Shown here: in pieces, positions 60,701 through 64,000 of the stretch
Position numbering within the stretch: position 1 is the first letter of the stretch
Layout: every line of letters begins with the position of its first letter
Assembly (NCBI GenBank): GCA_964016885.1
Contig: OZ024743.1
Coordinates: 137,268,001 to 137,332,000 of the forward strand
From: Eledone cirrhosa
Taxonomy: Eukaryota
Direction of reading: 5' to 3'
Length of the DNA: 64,000 bases
The notes under the pieces: model-generated
What the model saw: the letters and a program-made list of their open reading frames with translations, nothing else
Told to the model about the DNA's origin: nothing
Database searches by the model: none
Translations under genes and position numbers: made by a program

Positions 60701-63500
60701 ACCAAGCACCAAACACCAAGCACCAAGCACCAAGCACCAGGCACCAAGCACCAAGCGCCAAACACAAAACACCAAGCACCAAGCACCAAGCAGCAAACAC
60801 CAAGCATCAAACACCAAACACCAAACACCAAGCACCAAGCACCAAGCAGCAAACAGCAAGCATCAAACACCAAGCACCAAGCACCAAACACCAAACAACA
60901 AGCACCAAGCACCAAGCAAAAAACACCAAACACCAAGCACGCAGCATCAAACACCAAGCACCAAGCAGCAAGCACCAAACAACAAGCACCAAGCACCAAG
61001 CACCAAGTACCAAACACCAAACACCAAGCACCAAACACCAAACACCAAGCACCAATCACCAAGCACGAAACACCAGGCAGCAAGCACCAAGCACCAAACA
61101 CCAAACACCAAGCACCAAACACCAGCCACCAAGCACCAAGCACCAAACACCAAACACCAAGCACTAAGCACCAAACACCAAACAACAAGCACCAGGCACC
61201 AAGCACCAAACACCAAACACCAAGCACGCATCACCAAACACCACGCACCAAGCACCAAGCACCAAAAACCAAGCACCAAGCACCAAGCACCAAACACGAA
61301 ACACCAAACACCAAACACCAAGCACCAAGAACCAAACACCAAACAGCAAGCACCAAGCACCAAACACCAAGCACCAAACACCAAACCCCAAGCACCAATC
61401 ACCAAACACTAATCACCAAGCACCAAGCACCAAACACCGAGCACCAAACACCAAGCACCAAGCACCAAACACCAAACCCCAACCACCATAGACCAAGCAC
61501 CAAGCACCAAGGAACAAACACCAAGCACCAAGCACCAAGCACCAAACACCAAGCACCAAGCACCAAACACCCAGCACCAAGCACCAAGCATCAAACAACA
61601 AGCACCAAGCACCAAACACCAAACACCAAACACCAAACACCAAGCACTAAACAGCAAGCACCAAACACCAAACACCAAACAACAAACACCAAACAGCAAA
61701 CACCAAACACCAAACAGCAAACAGCAAACGCCAAACACCAAGCACCAAGCACCAAGCACCAAACACCAAGCACCAAGCTCCAGGCACAAAACACCAAACA
61801 CCAAGCACCAAGGACCAAACATCAAACACCAAGCACCAAGCACCAAACACCAAACACCAAGCACCAAGCACCAAACACCAACCACCCAGCACCAAGCACC
61901 AAGCACCAAACACCAAGCACCAAACACCAAACACCAAGCACCAAGCACCAAGCACCAAACACCAAGTACCAAACACCAAGCACCAAACACCAAGTCCCAC
62001 GCACCAAGCAGCAAACACCAAGCACCAAGCCCCAAGCACCAATCACCAAACACCAAGCACCAAGCACCAAATACCAAAAACCAAGCACCGAGGACCAAAC
62101 ATCAAACACCAAGCACCAAGCACCAAACGCCTAACACCAAGCACCAAGCACCAAGCACCAAGCACCAAACACCAAGCACCAATCACCAAACACCAAGCAC
62201 CAAGCACCAAACACCAAGCACCAGGCACCAAGCACCAAACACCAAGCACCAAGCACCAAACACCAAGCACCAAGACCGAAGCACCAAACACCAAGCACCA
62301 AGCACAAAGCACCAAGCACCAAGCACCAAAAACCAAACACCAAGCACCAAGTACCAAACACCAAGCACCAAGCACCAAACACCAAGAACCAAGCACCAAA
62401 TACCAAGCACCAAGCACCAAGCACCAGGCACCAAGCACCAAGCACCAAACACAAAACACCAAGCACCAAGAACCAAGCAGCAAACACCAAGCATCAAACA
62501 CCAAACACCAAACACCAAGCACCAAACACCAAGCACCAAGCACCATACACCAAACACCAAGCACCAAGCACCAAGCACCAAACACCAAACACCAAGCACC
62601 AAACACCAGATACCAAGCACCAAGGACCAAACACCAAACTCCAAGCACCAAGCACCAAACACCAAACAACAAGCACCAGGCACCAAACACCAAACACCAA
62701 GCACCAAGCACCAAACACCAAACACCAAGCACGCAGCATCAAACACCAAGCACCAAGCACCAAGCACCAAATACCAAGCACCAAGCACCAAACCCCAAGC
62801 ACCAAGCACCAAACACTAATCACCAAGCACCAAGCACCAAGCACCAGGCACCAAGCAGCAAGCACCAAACACTAATCACCAAGCACCAAGCACCAAGCAC
62901 CAAACACCAAGCACCAATCACCAAACACCAAACACCAAGATACAAAGACCAAGCACCAAGCCCCAAGCACCAAGCACCGAAAAATAAGCACCAAGCACCA
63001 AACACCAAGCACCAAGCACCAAACACCAACCACCCAGCACCAAGCACCAAGCACCAAACACCAAGCACCAAACACCAAACACCAAGCACCAAGCACCAAG
63101 CGCCAAGCACCAAACACCAAGCACCAAGCACTAAGCACCAAACACCAAGCCCCAACCAGCAAGCACCAAACACCAAACACCAAGCACCAAGCACCAAACA
63201 CCAAGCACCAAGCACCAAGCACCTAGCACCAAACACCAAACACCAAGCACCAAGCACCAAACACCAATCACCAATCACCAAGCACCAAACACCAAGCAGC
63301 AAGCAGCAAGCACCAAACACCAAACACCAAGCACCAAGCACCAAACACCAAGCACCAAGGACCACACATCAAACACCAAGCACCAAGCACCAAACACCTA
63401 ACACCAAGCACCAAGCACCAAGCACCAAGCACCGAATACCAAGCACCAAGCACCAAGCACCAAACACCAAGCACCAAGCACCAAACACCAAGCACCAAAC
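52400..63500 (+). repeat. ~4.3-kb higher-order repeat (copies starting about 52.4 (partial), 56.6 and 60.9 kb)
   Basis: CCCCAAC-CACCATA-GACCAAG at ~52813, ~57151 and ~61477. TCCCACG at ~53288, ~57641 and ~61995. Track ORF offsets 57073/61399 = 4326 and 52744/57083 = 4339. Confidence 0.8.
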
Positions 63501-64000
63501 ACCAAGCACCAAACACCAAGCACCAAAAACCAAACACCAAGCACCAACTACTAAACACCAAGCACCAAGCACCAAACACCAAGCACCAAGCACCAAACAC
63601 CAAACACCAAGAACCAAGCACCAAACACAAAGCACCAAGGACCAAGCACCAGGCACCAAGCACCAAGCACCAAACACAAAACACCAAGCACCAAGCACCA
63701 AGCAGCAAACACCAAGCATCAAACACCAAACACCAAACACCAAGCACCAAACACCAAGCACAAAGCACCAAACACCAAACACCAAGCACCAAGCACCAAA
63801 CAACAAGCACCAGGCACCAGGCACCAAGCACCAAACACCAAACACCAAGCACGCAGCATCAAACACCAAGCACCAAGCACAAAGCACCAAACACCAAGCA
63901 CCAAGCACCAAGCACCAAGCACCAAACACCAAACACCAAGCACCAAACACCAGCCACCATGCACCAAGCACCAAACACCAAACACCAAGCACTAAGCACC

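Larger units (their letters stand above)
1..64000 (+). repeat. 7-bp satellite array (CACCAAG/CACCAAA)n, about 9,100 units, extending beyond both window edges
   Basis: Every line parses into heptamers CACCAAR. The first full unit starts at 4. Variants such as CACCAAT, CAGCAAG, CATCAAA, CACTAAG, CACCAGG, CCCCAAG, AACCAAG, GACCAAA and TACCAAA are interspersed. The + strand is almost only A and C with very little T. No non-repeat stretch or orientation switch was seen. Confidence 0.99.

Noticed and set aside
148-61412. Long + strand ORFs of TKHQAPS repeats (e.g. 148..1521, 4670..6163, 32915..34243, 33594..35117, 42155..43588) as mucin-like or repetitive proteins
   Set aside because: They are open only because the + strand nearly lacks T. 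ATGs and stops come from sporadic variant heptamers, all three frames give the same peptide, and there are no unique termini or signal peptide.
29-63992. Hundreds of - strand hydrophobic WCLVLGA ORFs as membrane or Cys/Trp-rich proteins
   Set aside because: They overlap in all three frames, mostly begin at TTG/GTG codons inside the repeat, and are simply the translation of the 7-mer.
1-64000. CRISPR array or other repeat-spacer memory system
   Set aside because: There are no unique spacers, constant 23-50 bp repeats, leader or cas genes. All variation is point variants of one heptamer copied in blocks.
1-64000. Canonical telomere repeat (TTAGGG, TTAGG, TTTAGGG, TG1-3)
   Set aside because: The monomer on the G-rich strand is TTGGTGY, with no TTAGG core and no GGG. 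Only a non-canonical hypothesis is retained, as a finding.
1-64000. Cyanobacterial heptameric STRR elements or a prokaryotic contingency repeat
   Set aside because: Those are short tracts near genes. An array of at least 64 kb with no genes and kb-scale higher-order structure does not fit.
1-64000. Strong G-quadruplex or i-motif array
   Set aside because: The consensus has only GG/CC doublets 7 bp apart, and G4-5 runs are isolated variants. At most weak two-tetrad structures are plausible.
1-64000. Pure base-calling artefact or synthetic binary-encoded DNA
   Set aside because: Rare variants and indels are shared between distant copies in a nested, tree-like way, as expected from biological duplication. 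Individual duplications still need read-level validation.

Overview
The whole 64 kb window is one uninterrupted, single-orientation tandem array of about 9,100 units of a 7-bp monomer, CACCAAR (CACCAAG/CACCAAA; minus strand YTTGGTG). I see no unique sequence, transposon insertion, inversion, RNA gene, CRISPR array or credible protein-coding gene. The ORFs in the track follow from the repeat itself: the consensus has no stop codon in any of six frames, and every frame reads (HQAPSTK)n on + or (WCLVLGA)n on -. What the window does contain is structure. Rare variant heptamers act as landmarks in a conserved order and reveal nested higher-order repeats and duplications (offsets of 553, 672, 679, 1575, ~1800, 1983, 2226, ~3200, ~3320, ~4330 and ~14490 bp). 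They also reveal two allele domains with a transition near 29-35 kb. The 7-bp phase is tightly kept, with about 21 single-base indels found by eye. The best reading is a eukaryotic-type satellite (heterochromatic/centromeric or subtelomeric/telomere-derived). The organism and function cannot be determined from this sequence alone. Block boundaries are approximate and were read by eye.
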